A stretch of DNA of 64,000 bases from Eubacteriales bacterium (lineage in GTDB: Bacteria; Bacillota; Clostridia; Oscillospirales; QAKW01), in assembly GCA_045544255.1 (NCBI GenBank), contig JAZPYP010000058.1, positions 23,520 to 87,519 of the forward strand, in the 5' to 3' direction. The position numbers and the translations under genes are program-made. The notes below the pieces were generated by a model. It did not search any database and was not told where the DNA came from. It saw only the letters and a list, made by a program, of their open reading frames with translations. Shown piece after piece: positions 19,286 to 29,136 of this stretch (position 1 is its first letter; every line of letters begins with the position of its first letter).

Positions 19286-19418
19286 GAAAAAGTGGCTTAA
19301 ATCAAGCATTCATGCGGGTTTAGGCCACTTTTTCTTTTTGTTTTTTGAGGCTTTCGAGAGGTGAAAAAGTGGATAAATTGGTTGAATTGGTTGAAAAAGT
19401 GGCACACAGGTGGCACAC
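19286..19418. repeat. Hairpin and short direct repeats after tRNA-Arg, resembling an integrase attachment-site scar
   Basis: AAAAAGTGG x3, TGGCACAC x2 (19400, 19411), AATTGGTTG x2; hairpin AAAAAGTGGCTTAAA/TTTAGGCCACTTTTT. Confidence 0.45.
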
Positions 19419-19448
19419 CTGGCGCCGTAAAAAGATCACATATTTTCA

Positions 19449-20387
19449 ATGGAAGAGGTGCTGGATCAATTCTATGCGCTTTTTGAAAATGCCGCTCTCG
19501 ATGCGGCTGCCAATTATCAGGCGGCGGAAGGATCGGTGGATCTTAAGGGTATAATAAAGGAACAGGCAAAGGGTGTGGCTAACGATAATTATTCTCGGAG
19601 GATAAATGATTACGATATAGCGCCAATTGTGTATACGATTAGGTACGAGAAACCACAAAGAGGGCATGACCTTATATCGCTTGAAAAAATGCCGCACATA
19701 TATAGGAAAATGTTCGATTTAAGTGGTAAGGTTCATGTGAGCCATGCGCACTTATACTGTTGTATGGTATCAAAAGAAACTGCAATAAAAGAAGGGCGTT
19801 ATCAATCGGAAAATAGCGATGATTATCATGAATTACCAGAAGAAAAACTTATAAACGCAATTGAGCAAATACAGGATCCTTTGGTTATAATGGAATCGTT
19901 AAAAAATTACGAAACTCTACGATTGGTTGCTCTTTTGGAGGAAAAAGGCCATGGCGAAATTCCCTTAATTGCTGTTATGACTTTATATGACGAAAAAGTG
20001 GCGTTTGGCGAAAGTAGAGGGCGAAATCATGTGCTTCTTACGATATATGAAAAAAACAGTCTTTCTGATTACATCGAAAAGACTAGAAATGAAAGTCGTA
20101 TTCTGCATATAAAAAAAGGAGTTTCCGAAGATGCATTAGCCGACTTCCAATTAGTCGGGAACGTATCTAAAGAAACTCTCAACAATAATATACGCAATTT
20201 TAATAAAAAAGTCAAGGCTTTCAAAGAAAAATATAAAATCAACTATGAAAGGAAGCATTCTCACAATATCGCCCCCGGTCGCAATGATGTGGTGGCAGAG
20301 TTGCTCCGCCTAAAATATATAAAGAAAATTGCGAGGAATAAAAAAGATTGGATTTCCAAAAGGAAATCCAATCTTTTTTTATCTTAA
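19449..20387 (+). CDS. AT-rich ORF with a MuF-C/PBECR-like nuclease domain (fragment of a phage/ICE polyvalent protein)
   Basis: YHELPEEKLINAIEQIQDPLVIMES..LVALLE..PLIAV..NHVLLTIYEK pattern; about 30% GC in a sampled line; codon usage unlike neighbours. Confidence 0.55.
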   Translation: MEEVLDQFYALFENAALDAAANYQAAEGSVDLKGIIKEQAKGVANDNYSRRINDYDIAPIVYTIRYEKPQRGHDLISLEKMPHIYRKMFDLSGKVHVSHAHLYCCMVSKETAIKEGRYQSENSDDYHELPEEKLINAIEQIQDPLVIMESLKNYETLRLVALLEEKGHGEIPLIAVMTLYDEKVAFGESRGRNHVLLTIYEKNSLSDYIEKTRNESRILHIKKGVSEDALADFQLVGNVSKETLNNNIRNFNKKVKAFKEKYKINYERKHSHNIAPGRNDVVAELLRLKYIKKIARNKKDWISKRKSNLFLS

Positions 20388-21077
20388 ATGCATTGGTATT
20401 TTTTGATTAAGTTTCTCAATAAGTTCCTTGCCGCAGGCAGGAGTATCCGCAAGGGGAAAGGGGCGGGAGAGCTCCTCATATTTATGGGTGCAGATCTTTC
20501 GAAAGGGCAAGAGCTGCAGCTTTTGAAGATTGGGAAATTCCATCGCGATTTTTACAATTTCATCGATATCTTCATCGGTCAATCCCGGCACCACTACATG
20601 GCGGATCCAAAGAGGAATTTCTCTTTTTGCTGTTTCTTCCAAAAAGGAAAGCACTGCTTCCAAAGAGCCGCCTGTATATTGGCGGTAGAGATCATCTGTT
20701 GCAAATTTCAAATCGCAAAGAACCAAGTCGGTATGTTCTAAAATCGCGCCGCCATGGGAAATTCCGGCGGTATCAAGCGCGGTGTGAAGGTTATTTGCTT
20801 TACACTTTTTCAGGAGTTCTTCCGCAAATTCTCTCTGCATCAGCGGCTCTCCGCCGGAAAGGGTAACCCCGCCATCGGCTCCGAAATAGGGCGAATAGCG
20901 CAAGATCTTCTTCACTAAATCATCGGCAGAGATTTCCTCGCCACCCGTAAAACTTTGAGTTTCAGGATTATGGCAATAGGGGCAGTGCAGGGGGCAACCT
21001 TGAAAGAAAACAACCGATCGAACCCCCGGCCCGTCTGCGCAACCCATCGATTGAAAGGATGCAATCTTGCCTATCAT
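20379..21077 (-). CDS. pflA: Pyruvate formate-lyase activating enzyme (radical SAM)
   Basis: DGPGVRSVVFFQGCPLHCPYCHNPET, GGVTLSGGEP. Confidence 0.95.
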   Translation of the reverse strand: MIGKIASFQSMGCADGPGVRSVVFFQGCPLHCPYCHNPETQSFTGGEEISADDLVKKILRYSPYFGADGGVTLSGGEPLMQREFAEELLKKCKANNLHTALDTAGISHGGAILEHTDLVLCDLKFATDDLYRQYTGGSLEAVLSFLEETAKREIPLWIRHVVVPGLTDEDIDEIVKIAMEFPNLQKLQLLPFRKICTHKYEELSRPFPLADTPACGKELIEKLNQKIPMHLR

Positions 21078-23306
21078 TTAAAATTCCTCGTGGAAGGTGC
21101 GGGAGATCACTTCATCCTGCTGGGCAGGAGAAAGCTTATGGAAATCAACCGCATATCCGCTAACCCGAATGGTTAAATTGGGGTATTCTTCGGGATGCTC
21201 TTTGGCTTTTATCAGCGTTTCCCGATCCAAAACATTGATATTGATATGTTGCGCCCCTTTTCCAAAATAGCCATCGATGATATTGGTCAGATTTTGCTCG
21301 CGGGTTTGCTGATTCTCGCCAAGGGCAGCGGGAATCATGGTAAAGGTATTGGAAATACCGTCTTTGCAAATATCATAAGAAAGCTTGGCCACCGAATTCA
21401 GGGAGGCAAGAGCGCCGTTTTTCTCCCTTCCGTGCATAGGATTCGCTCCGGGGGCGAAGGGCTGGCCTGCTTTGCGGCCATCGGGAGTAGCGCCGGTCTT
21501 TTTTCCGTAAACCACATTAGAGGTAATCGTTAAGATAGAAAGAGTGTGCTCCGCGCCTCTGTAAGTGGGAATTGCTTTTAAAGCATCGGCAAAAAGCTTG
21601 GTTTGCTCCACTGCGATGGAATCTACCCGATCGTCATCATTTCCGTAGGTTGGAAATTCGCCGATGGTTTCAAAATCAGTGATGATGCCGCGCTCATCTC
21701 GAATGGGGCGCACTTTTGCGTAGCGAATGGCGGAAAGGGAGTCGGCCAGCACCGAAAGCCCCGCAGCGCCAAAGGCCATAAAGCGATGCACATCGGTATC
21801 GTGAAGCGCCATCTGAGTTTTTTCATAGGCATATTTATCATGCATATAATGGATCATATTCATGGCCGAAACATAGGTTTTAGCAAGCCATCCGCGATAA
21901 AAATTCATCCGCTCCAGCACCACATTATAATCCAGGATCTCCCCTTCATATACAGGCATGGGCGGCGCCACCTGATCGCCGGTCTTTTCATCTCGGCCGC
22001 CGTTGAGGCTGTAAAGCAAAAGCTTTGCAAGATTGGCTCTTGCACCGAAGAATTGCATATCCTTACCAACGCGCATAGCAGAAACGCAGCAAGCAATAGC
22101 ATAGTCATCGCCAAAGCCCTCCCGCATCACATCGTCGTATTCATATTGAATTGCGCAGGTCTCGCAGGAGAGCCGATTGCAAAAATGCTTGAAGGGGAGC
22201 GGAAGCTGCTTGGACCAAAGCACAGTGAGATTCGGTTCGGCGGAAGGGCCCAAATTCCGCAAGGTATTGAGCATGCGGAAGGTGGAGCGGGTAACAAGGG
22301 TTCTGCCATCGATTCCCATGCCGCCGAGGGCTTCGGTGATCCACATAGGGTCGCCTGCAAAAAGCTCATTATATTCTGGGGTGCGCAGATGGCGCGCCAT
22401 CCGCAGCTTTAAAACAAAATCATCGATCAACTCTTGCGCTCCGGCTTCATCAAGAAGGCCTCTTGCCAGATCGCGCTCTAAATAAATATCCAAAAAGGTG
22501 GAAACTCTTCCAAGGCTCATGGCTGCGCCGTTTTGCTCCTTATTGGCGGCAAGATAGCCGAAATAAAGCCATTGCACCGCTTCCTTTGCGTCCTTTGCAG
22601 GGGCAGAAATATCATAGCCATACATAGCGGCCATTTCCTTAAGCTTGCCCAAAAAAGCGATTTGCTGAAAAAGTTCTTCCAATTGCCGCACATTTTCGGT
22701 ATTGGGCACCCGATCGGCGATCTGATCTTTATCCTTTTGCTTTTCTTCAATCAGCCGATCGATTCCATAGAGAGCAATTCGGCGGTAATCGCCGATGATG
22801 CGGCCTCTTCCGTAGGCATCGGGCAGGCCTGTAATAATGCCGCTATGGCGGGCGGCCCGAATATCTTTGCTATAAACGCGGAAAACGCCATCGTTATGGG
22901 TGGTGCGATAGGTGAATTCCTCTTCGACCTTATCCGAGAGGGTATACCCGTAGGCTTTGCAAGCCTTTCTTGTCATATTAATGCCGCCGAAGGGGTTCAC
23001 ACCGCGCTTCAAGGGAGCATCCGTTTGAAGGCCAACAATCAGCTCGTTTTCTTGATCAATATAACCCGGCTTATAGCTGGTGAGGGAGCTTACGGTTTCG
23101 GTATCAATATCTAATACTCCGCCTCGCTTTTGCTCTTCTGCCATCAGAGCGCGGCATTTGGCTAAAATTCCTTTTGTGCGCTCGGTGGGGCCGGATAAAA
23201 ATGCATCATCGCCTGTATAAGGGGTATAATTGCGCTGAATAAAATCCCGAACATTGATTTCATCCTGCCATTTTCCTGCTTTAAATCCATTCCATTGATC
23301 CATCAT
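21078..23306 (-). CDS. pflB: Formate C-acetyltransferase (pyruvate formate-lyase)
   Basis: AIACCVS catalytic Cys pair, RVSGYAV glycyl-radical motif, [17 protein letters not shown]; GGAGG RBS. Confidence 0.97.
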   Translation of the reverse strand: MMDQWNGFKAGKWQDEINVRDFIQRNYTPYTGDDAFLSGPTERTKGILAKCRALMAEEQKRGGVLDIDTETVSSLTSYKPGYIDQENELIVGLQTDAPLKRGVNPFGGINMTRKACKAYGYTLSDKVEEEFTYRTTHNDGVFRVYSKDIRAARHSGIITGLPDAYGRGRIIGDYRRIALYGIDRLIEEKQKDKDQIADRVPNTENVRQLEELFQQIAFLGKLKEMAAMYGYDISAPAKDAKEAVQWLYFGYLAANKEQNGAAMSLGRVSTFLDIYLERDLARGLLDEAGAQELIDDFVLKLRMARHLRTPEYNELFAGDPMWITEALGGMGIDGRTLVTRSTFRMLNTLRNLGPSAEPNLTVLWSKQLPLPFKHFCNRLSCETCAIQYEYDDVMREGFGDDYAIACCVSAMRVGKDMQFFGARANLAKLLLYSLNGGRDEKTGDQVAPPMPVYEGEILDYNVVLERMNFYRGWLAKTYVSAMNMIHYMHDKYAYEKTQMALHDTDVHRFMAFGAAGLSVLADSLSAIRYAKVRPIRDERGIITDFETIGEFPTYGNDDDRVDSIAVEQTKLFADALKAIPTYRGAEHTLSILTITSNVVYGKKTGATPDGRKAGQPFAPGANPMHGREKNGALASLNSVAKLSYDICKDGISNTFTMIPAALGENQQTREQNLTNIIDGYFGKGAQHININVLDRETLIKAKEHPEEYPNLTIRVSGYAVDFHKLSPAQQDEVISRTFHEEF

Positions 23307-23330
23307 TTTATCCTCCTGATCAGGCAATAT

Positions 23331-23436
23331 AAAAGGGCAGTGAAGAAAAGATTTCCTCACTGCCCAGACGGTCGGCTTTACTCATTTTCTCGGTTACACG
23401 ATGGTTCTTTCCATCTTACTTCCGTCAGAAACCGAA
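23331..23436 (-). promoter_or_regulatory. ZMP/ZTP (pfl motif) riboswitch with terminator expression platform
   Basis: Minus strand TCGGTTTCTGACGGAAG..AACCGA..GCCGACCGTCTGGGCA; the 3' GGGCAG overlaps terminator GGGCAGTGAG/TTCACTGCCC-TTTT; upstream promoter TTGACT-17-TATCCT (23484-23456). Confidence 0.9.
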
Positions 23437-23568
23437 AAAATCTTTGTTCACCTAAAGGATACCATGAAGATTAAAAAAAGTCAATCAATTTTTGGAAGAT
23501 ATCCGGTTGAAAAGTGCCGAAAATTATGGTACTATATCCATAATATATTGTTTAAAAGGATGAAACCT

Positions 23569-24687
23569 ATGGAAAAGATGAAGGGCTGCGTGCCCTGTTT
23601 GTTCGGTTTGGAGGCAATGGTGGCTGATGAACTGAAAAAAATCGGTGCTGATGAGGTACGGGCCGAGAATGGGCGCGTTTATTTCGAAGGGGCTCCCGAA
23701 ATATTTGTCGATGCCAATTTATGGATCCGATGCGGCCAGCGGGTAGAGATCGTTTTGGGGAGTTTCCCCGCCAAAACCTTTGAAGAGCTGTTTGAAGGGG
23801 TGAGAAAACTGCCTTGGGAGCGCTTCATTCCGGAAGATGGCCGCTTTCCTGTGAAAGGCCATGCGCTCAACTCTAAACTCAATAGTGTGCCGGCCTGCCA
23901 ATCAATCGTTAAAAAGGCTATTGTGCGGCGGTTGGAAGGGCATTATAAAAGAAGTTTATTTCCCGAAACGGGAATGCTTTTCAGCATTCGTTTTTCTCTT
24001 TTGAAGGACCAAGCGGTCTTAATGCTGGATACCACCGGCACCGCCCTTCATAAGCGCGGCTATCGCCCTGCTGCCATGCCTGCCCCTATTCGGGAAACCT
24101 TGGGCGCGGCTTTGGTGAGCATTGCCCGCCCTTATCCCGATACCGTTCTATATGATCCCTTTTGCGGCAGCGGTACTCTTCTGATTGAAGGGGCTATGAT
24201 TGCCCGCAATATGGCGCCGGGGCTTTTGCGCGGCTTTATTTCAGAAGGTTGGGAGCTTTTTCCCAAAGAACTTTGGAAAGCGCGGCGGGAAGCGGCAAGA
24301 GCGGCTCAAAAAGAAGTGCCTTTTAGAGGAGCGGGGAGCGATATCGATCCCAAAGCAGTTAAAATGGCTCTTGATAATGCCAAGCGGGCAGGGGTTGCCG
24401 ATTGCTTGGAATTTAAAGTGGCTGATGTGAAAGATTTTAAGATCGAAACGCCCCGTGGCATGGTTGTAACCAACCCGCCTTATGGGGAGCGGCTTTTGGA
24501 AAAAGAAGAGGCTCAAGCTCTCTATCGCATCATGGGCGAGGTTTTTCCGAAAGAGCCGGGGAAGCGGTATTTTATTATCGCGCCTGATCCGCAGTTTGAG
24601 TCTTTGTTCGGCAGAAGAGCCGATAAAAAGAGAAAGCTATATAACGGAATGTTGGAATGCAATTATTTCCAATATTTTAAAAATTAA
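23569..24687 (+). CDS. THUMP-domain class I SAM-dependent rRNA methyltransferase (RlmL/YpsC-like)
   Basis: LHKRGYR, APIRETL, DPFCGSGTLLIE, GSDID and NPPYGER motifs. Confidence 0.9.
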   Translation: MEKMKGCVPCLFGLEAMVADELKKIGADEVRAENGRVYFEGAPEIFVDANLWIRCGQRVEIVLGSFPAKTFEELFEGVRKLPWERFIPEDGRFPVKGHALNSKLNSVPACQSIVKKAIVRRLEGHYKRSLFPETGMLFSIRFSLLKDQAVLMLDTTGTALHKRGYRPAAMPAPIRETLGAALVSIARPYPDTVLYDPFCGSGTLLIEGAMIARNMAPGLLRGFISEGWELFPKELWKARREAARAAQKEVPFRGAGSDIDPKAVKMALDNAKRAGVADCLEFKVADVKDFKIETPRGMVVTNPPYGERLLEKEEAQALYRIMGEVFPKEPGKRYFIIAPDPQFESLFGRRADKKRKLYNGMLECNYFQYFKN

Positions 24688-24707
24688 AATGAAGGAGAAT
24701 GTTTAAA

Positions 24708-25439
24708 ATGGAATTCAGCTTGAATCATCCGATTTTATTCGTCATCGTTGGTGCTATATTGCTTTTGGTGCTGGCGCAATCGATCTTTTTCTTGGTTCGT
24801 GCTTGGCAAGCAGGTAAGGAGATGGGGATCGATGGGGCCAAATTGCGCAAAACAGTGATTTCATCTGCGGTCTTCACCATTGCGCCTGCAGTATCCATTC
24901 TGATGGGAGTAATCGTTCTTTCCAAAAAGCTTGGTTTGGCCCTTCCTTGGCTTCGCCTTTCTGTTATCGGCGCCCTTACATATGAGCTGACTGCTGCGGA
25001 AAACGCCGCCAATGCCGCCGGAACCTCTCTTTCCGAATCGGCAACGCAGGTTTCCGGCGAGCAATTTTTGAATATCACCATTGTTATGACCCTTGGCATT
25101 ATCGTTGGCCTTGTGTTGGTGCCGATTCTTTGCAAAAAGATTCAAGGCGGCATGGATAAGATGAAAAAGAAAGATACCAAATGGGGCGAGATTTTAACCA
25201 ATGCTCTTTTCATGGGTATGATCTCTGCCTTTATGGGTATGATCTTTACCGATATTCGAAGCGGCCTTGTTGGTTGGATCCCTGTATTTATTATGCTGAT
25301 ATCAGCGGTCTGCATGGCGCTGATGGGGCTTTTGATGAAAATCACCAAATGGCAATGGCTCAATGATTATGCCTTGCCCATTTGTATGCTGATCGGTATG
25401 GCTTCCGCCATTCCTGTAACGAATCTGATTGGAGGTTGA
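24708..25439 (+). CDS. DUF5058-family membrane protein
   Basis: About 6 hydrophobic segments; SSAVFTIAPAVSI and LPWLRLSVIGALTYEL motifs recalled from DUF5058. Confidence 0.7.
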   Translation: MEFSLNHPILFVIVGAILLLVLAQSIFFLVRAWQAGKEMGIDGAKLRKTVISSAVFTIAPAVSILMGVIVLSKKLGLALPWLRLSVIGALTYELTAAENAANAAGTSLSESATQVSGEQFLNITIVMTLGIIVGLVLVPILCKKIQGGMDKMKKKDTKWGEILTNALFMGMISAFMGMIFTDIRSGLVGWIPVFIMLISAVCMALMGLLMKITKWQWLNDYALPICMLIGMASAIPVTNLIGG

Positions 25440-25445
25440 TGAGCA

Positions 25446-26105
25446 ATGAAAAAAAGACCTTATGAAGAGCAAATTCATATCGATGGCCGCGTATGGGGCG
25501 CTATTGCAGGCGTTGCCATCTGCGCCTTCCCTTTGCTGGTTGCCGTTCTTTTTCAGCTAAAGCCCGATTGGGGTGTAGTCCTTAAAGGTTTGATCGGTGT
25601 TGCTCCTATTTTCTGGACCGTTGGCCTTATTGAAGTCTTCACCTATATTCCCATGCTTGGGGCCGGAAGCTCCTATCTGGCCTTTGTTACCGGAAATATT
25701 ACCAATTTGAAGGCGCCCTGCGCCATCAATGCCATGGAGAATACCGGAGCAAAAGCAGGCTCCAAGGAAGCGGAGATTATCTCCACTATCGCAGTTGCCA
25801 CTTCCTCGATTGTAACCATTCTGATCATTGCCTTGGGTGTTCTGATGATCGTTCCCCTTACTCCGATTTTGGAAAATCCTGCTCTGACGCCTGCCTTCGA
25901 TAATATTTTGCCTGCTCTTTTTGGGGCTCTCGGTGTTGTTTATATTTCTCGGAATTGGAAATTGGCGATTGCGCCGGTTCTCTTTATGCTGATCCTCTTT
26001 ATTGCAGTGCCCGGCCTTTCCGGCGCAGTGGGAATGTTGGTTCCCGTTGGGGCCATTATTGCCATCGCTGTGGCAAGAGTTCTTTATAAGAAAGGGAAGC
26101 TTTGA
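25446..26105 (+). CDS. Uncharacterised membrane protein, partner of DUF5058
   Basis: Multiple hydrophobic segments; SYLAFVTGNITNLKAPCA motif; 6 nt after the previous stop. Confidence 0.65.
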   Translation: MKKRPYEEQIHIDGRVWGAIAGVAICAFPLLVAVLFQLKPDWGVVLKGLIGVAPIFWTVGLIEVFTYIPMLGAGSSYLAFVTGNITNLKAPCAINAMENTGAKAGSKEAEIISTIAVATSSIVTILIIALGVLMIVPLTPILENPALTPAFDNILPALFGALGVVYISRNWKLAIAPVLFMLILFIAVPGLSGAVGMLVPVGAIIAIAVARVLYKKGKL

Positions 26106-27544
26106 TCATGATGATCTTTTGGTGTATTTTAGGTTTATTCATTCTTTGGCTTTTGATTTTGGTGATTCGCGCCCTTGCTTTTCGCCCTCTTCCGGAGGAA
26201 AGAAAGGCTCCCGCCTCCTTTGATTATGATAAGGAAAAGGCAGTTTGCGATCTTGCGGATATGATTCGTTGCAAAACGATCTCCGATAAAGATCCCGCGA
26301 AAGAGAATGAGGCGGAATTTGAAAAATTCCTCTCCCTTCTTGAGGAGCGCTTCCCCTTGGTTTACCAAACCTGTGCGCTTTATCGCCCCAATAAAAGAGC
26401 ATTGCTCTTTGAATGGAAGGGCAGGGAAGAAGGGGATCCTACTGTGTTGATGGCTCATTACGATGTGGTTTCCGTGGTGGAAGAAAATTGGAGCCGCGAT
26501 CCCTTCTCCGGCGAAATTGAAGAGGGTGTTCTTTGGGGGCGGGGCACCCTTGATACCAAGGGCACCCTGAATGCCATTCTTCAAAGCGTGGAATATTATA
26601 TTAAAAAAGGTTTCAGCCCGAAAAATACCATTTATCTTGCCTTCGGCGGCGATGAAGAAATCAATGGCAACGGCGCTCCTTCTATTGTGAAATGTTTTAA
26701 GGATCATTCGATCCATCCCGCCTTGGTGGTGGATGAGGGCGGCGCTGTGGTGGAAAATGTATTCCCCGGTGTTAAGCGTTCCTGCGCTGTGGTTGGTATT
26801 GCCGAAAAGGGACTGATGAATGTATCTTTTGAGTTTCGTGGAAATGGCGGCCATGCATCAGCCCCTCCTGCCCATACCGCTGTGGGGCTTCTTTCTCGCG
26901 CATGCGTGCGTTTGGAGAGCCATCCCCCTAAAGCAAGGCTGACCAAACCGGTCAAGGAGCTTTTCAATACCCTTGGCCGCCATAGCTCTTTTGCTTATAA
27001 ACTGATTTTTGCAAACCTTTGGTGCTTCAGGCCCTTGCTCTTTTTGATCTGTAAGATCTCCGGCGGTGAGTTGAATGCCTTGGTGCGCACCACCTGCGCC
27101 TTCACCACCATGCAGGGAAGCAAGGGGCTTAATGTGATGCCTCCCTATGCAAAAATGACTGCGAATATGAGAATTATCTGCGGCGAAACAAAAGAGAGCG
27201 CCCTCGATTATGTGCGGAAAACTGTCAATGATCCCAAGCTTGAAATTCGCTGCATGGAGGGTTGCGATCCTTCGCCTGTTTCTCAAACAGAAGGAAAAGG
27301 TTGGGAGGATGTGAAGAGCGCTATTAACCAAACTTGGCCCGAAGCCCTTGTTTCTCCCTATCTTATGATGGCCTGCTCCGATTCCCGCCATTATGGCTCC
27401 TTGAGCGATTGCGTTTATCGCTTTTCCGCTATGGCGCTCTCCAAAGAAGAGCGCGCCATGATCCATGGAAATGATGAGCGAATTCCGGTAGAGACCATTC
27501 ATAAAGCAGTGGAATTCTATCTCCATTTGATCGCCAACCGCTAA
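26102..27544 (+). CDS. M20/M25/M40 family metallopeptidase with N-terminal membrane anchor
   Basis: MAHYDVV, GRGTLDTKG, GDEE, VDEGG, DSRHY and IHGNDERI motifs; start could be ATG 26108. Confidence 0.88.
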   Translation: MIMMIFWCILGLFILWLLILVIRALAFRPLPEERKAPASFDYDKEKAVCDLADMIRCKTISDKDPAKENEAEFEKFLSLLEERFPLVYQTCALYRPNKRALLFEWKGREEGDPTVLMAHYDVVSVVEENWSRDPFSGEIEEGVLWGRGTLDTKGTLNAILQSVEYYIKKGFSPKNTIYLAFGGDEEINGNGAPSIVKCFKDHSIHPALVVDEGGAVVENVFPGVKRSCAVVGIAEKGLMNVSFEFRGNGGHASAPPAHTAVGLLSRACVRLESHPPKARLTKPVKELFNTLGRHSSFAYKLIFANLWCFRPLLFLICKISGGELNALVRTTCAFTTMQGSKGLNVMPPYAKMTANMRIICGETKESALDYVRKTVNDPKLEIRCMEGCDPSPVSQTEGKGWEDVKSAINQTWPEALVSPYLMMACSDSRHYGSLSDCVYRFSAMALSKEERAMIHGNDERIPVETIHKAVEFYLHLIANR

Positions 27545-27546
27545 AT

Positions 27547-27582
27547 AAAAATGCTGAAGAGCGTTTGCTCTTCAGCATTTTT
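27547..27582. terminator. Bidirectional terminator
   Basis: AAAAATGCTGAAGAGC-GTTT-GCTCTTCAGCATTTTT. Confidence 0.9.
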
Positions 27583-27584
27583 GC

Positions 27585-28997
27585 TTATTCAACAATGTTA
27601 TTGATCCATATGCCGGATTTGATGAGAAACCCGCCAACAATGCATTTTACTGCCTCAATGGCTTGAATGATAAAGAATAGGGGCAGAATCGGAAGCGGGG
27701 TAAGATGCGCCAAAATCAGCGCCAGCGGCACTGCGAGGCCCCATGTGAACCCGCAATCGAAGATAAAGGTGATCAGCGTTTTCCCGCCGGAGCGAAGGGT
27801 GAAATAGCAGCAATGGCAGAAGGCCATAAAAGGCATCATCAATCCAACAATTTGAATGAGGTTGCTTGCAAGGGTGCGAACCTCATGGCTTGTATTATAG
27901 ATAAGAGGAATCACCGGCGCCAAAAGAATCATGATCAGCCCTAAAAGGGCGCAGCAGGCAACCGATAAGGCTAAAAGCCGCCAAACGGTTGTTTTGGCAT
28001 CTTTGATCTGATTAGCGCCAAGCTGCTGCCCAACTATGATGGCAAGGGCGCTGCCCATCGAGAGAAAAACAACGTTAAAGAGATTGGCAACCGTTGAGGA
28101 AATATTACTTGCGGCAACAACCTCAAGCCCTCTTGCGGAATAAGCTTGCATCAGCATGGCCATGCCAAGAGACCAAAGAAATTCGTTGATCAGAAGGGGA
28201 AGGCCGCGCTTTGCGATGCGATTGCAAAGTTCCATGGGAATTTTGAGGCTCCGATAGGCGCCCTGAATAAAGGGGAAGCGTTCTTTGTTTTTATGCGTAA
28301 ACCAAAGAATAATAACGGCTTCCATATAGCGGGAAAGCACTGTTGCAATCGCCGCACCTGCCACGCCCATTGGTTCAAACCATAAAAAGGGAAGGCCCTC
28401 ATTACCAAAAATGAATATGTAATTGAAAATTAAATTGATCAGAATCGCGGCCACGCTTGCGATCATCGGTAATTTGGTTTCGCCGAGTTCCCGCAGGGTG
28501 CTTCCATAGGATTGGGAAAGGGCGAAGGGAATCAGGCCGATCAGCATAATTGCAAGATAATCCTGCGCAAATCCCATGGTTGCTTCCGCTTCAGCGGCAG
28601 AGGTTCCTTCCGCAAGATACATAGCGATCAAAGGCTTCGGTATCAGAAGGAAAACGCAGAAAGCAATCAAGAGCATGGCCGCGGAAATGTAGATCTTTGC
28701 GCGGAAGCAATGGCGAATGCCGCGGTGATCTGCAGCGCCCGCATATTGCGCTGCAAAAATTCCGGCACCGGCTAACCCGCCGAAAATACAGAGATTAAAG
28801 ATGAAGAGCAGTTGATTTACAATGGCAACTGCCGACATCGGCAGCGTGCCTACCCGTCCGACCATCACATTGTCAAGAAGGCTTACCACATTGGTAACGG
28901 TGTTTTGGATAATGATGGGCAGTAAGATTAAAAGCACCTTGCGGTAAAAATCTCTATTTCCGATCAGATTGGTTTTAACTTGCTGAATATTCGTCAT
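27585..28997 (-). CDS. MATE family efflux transporter
   Basis: LDNVMVGRVG, LRELGET, GVAGAAIATVLSR and LRSGG motifs; about 12 hydrophobic segments. Confidence 0.9.
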   Translation of the reverse strand: MTNIQQVKTNLIGNRDFYRKVLLILLPIIIQNTVTNVVSLLDNVMVGRVGTLPMSAVAIVNQLLFIFNLCIFGGLAGAGIFAAQYAGAADHRGIRHCFRAKIYISAAMLLIAFCVFLLIPKPLIAMYLAEGTSAAEAEATMGFAQDYLAIMLIGLIPFALSQSYGSTLRELGETKLPMIASVAAILINLIFNYIFIFGNEGLPFLWFEPMGVAGAAIATVLSRYMEAVIILWFTHKNKERFPFIQGAYRSLKIPMELCNRIAKRGLPLLINEFLWSLGMAMLMQAYSARGLEVVAASNISSTVANLFNVVFLSMGSALAIIVGQQLGANQIKDAKTTVWRLLALSVACCALLGLIMILLAPVIPLIYNTSHEVRTLASNLIQIVGLMMPFMAFCHCCYFTLRSGGKTLITFIFDCGFTWGLAVPLALILAHLTPLPILPLFFIIQAIEAVKCIVGGFLIKSGIWINNIVE

Positions 28998-29136
28998 AAT
29001 TTTCCTCTTTTTAAAAGTCTTTCAATACTATACCATAAGAAACAAAGGAATACAAGGCGTGAAATATTTTTTCTTTACAACCTCATAAAAGTATTGTATA
29101 ATAAAAGTGAAAATAATCGAAAGGATGAATCATAGT

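Noticed and set aside
19360-19420. CRISPR-like or iteron array
   Set aside because: Repeats are only 8-9 nt, with two or three copies at irregular spacing; no spacers, cas or rep genes.
23401-23568. Extended N-terminus of the THUMP methyltransferase in the ORF track
   Set aside because: It overlaps the ZTP riboswitch and pfl promoter on the other strand; an RBS and promoter support ATG 23569.
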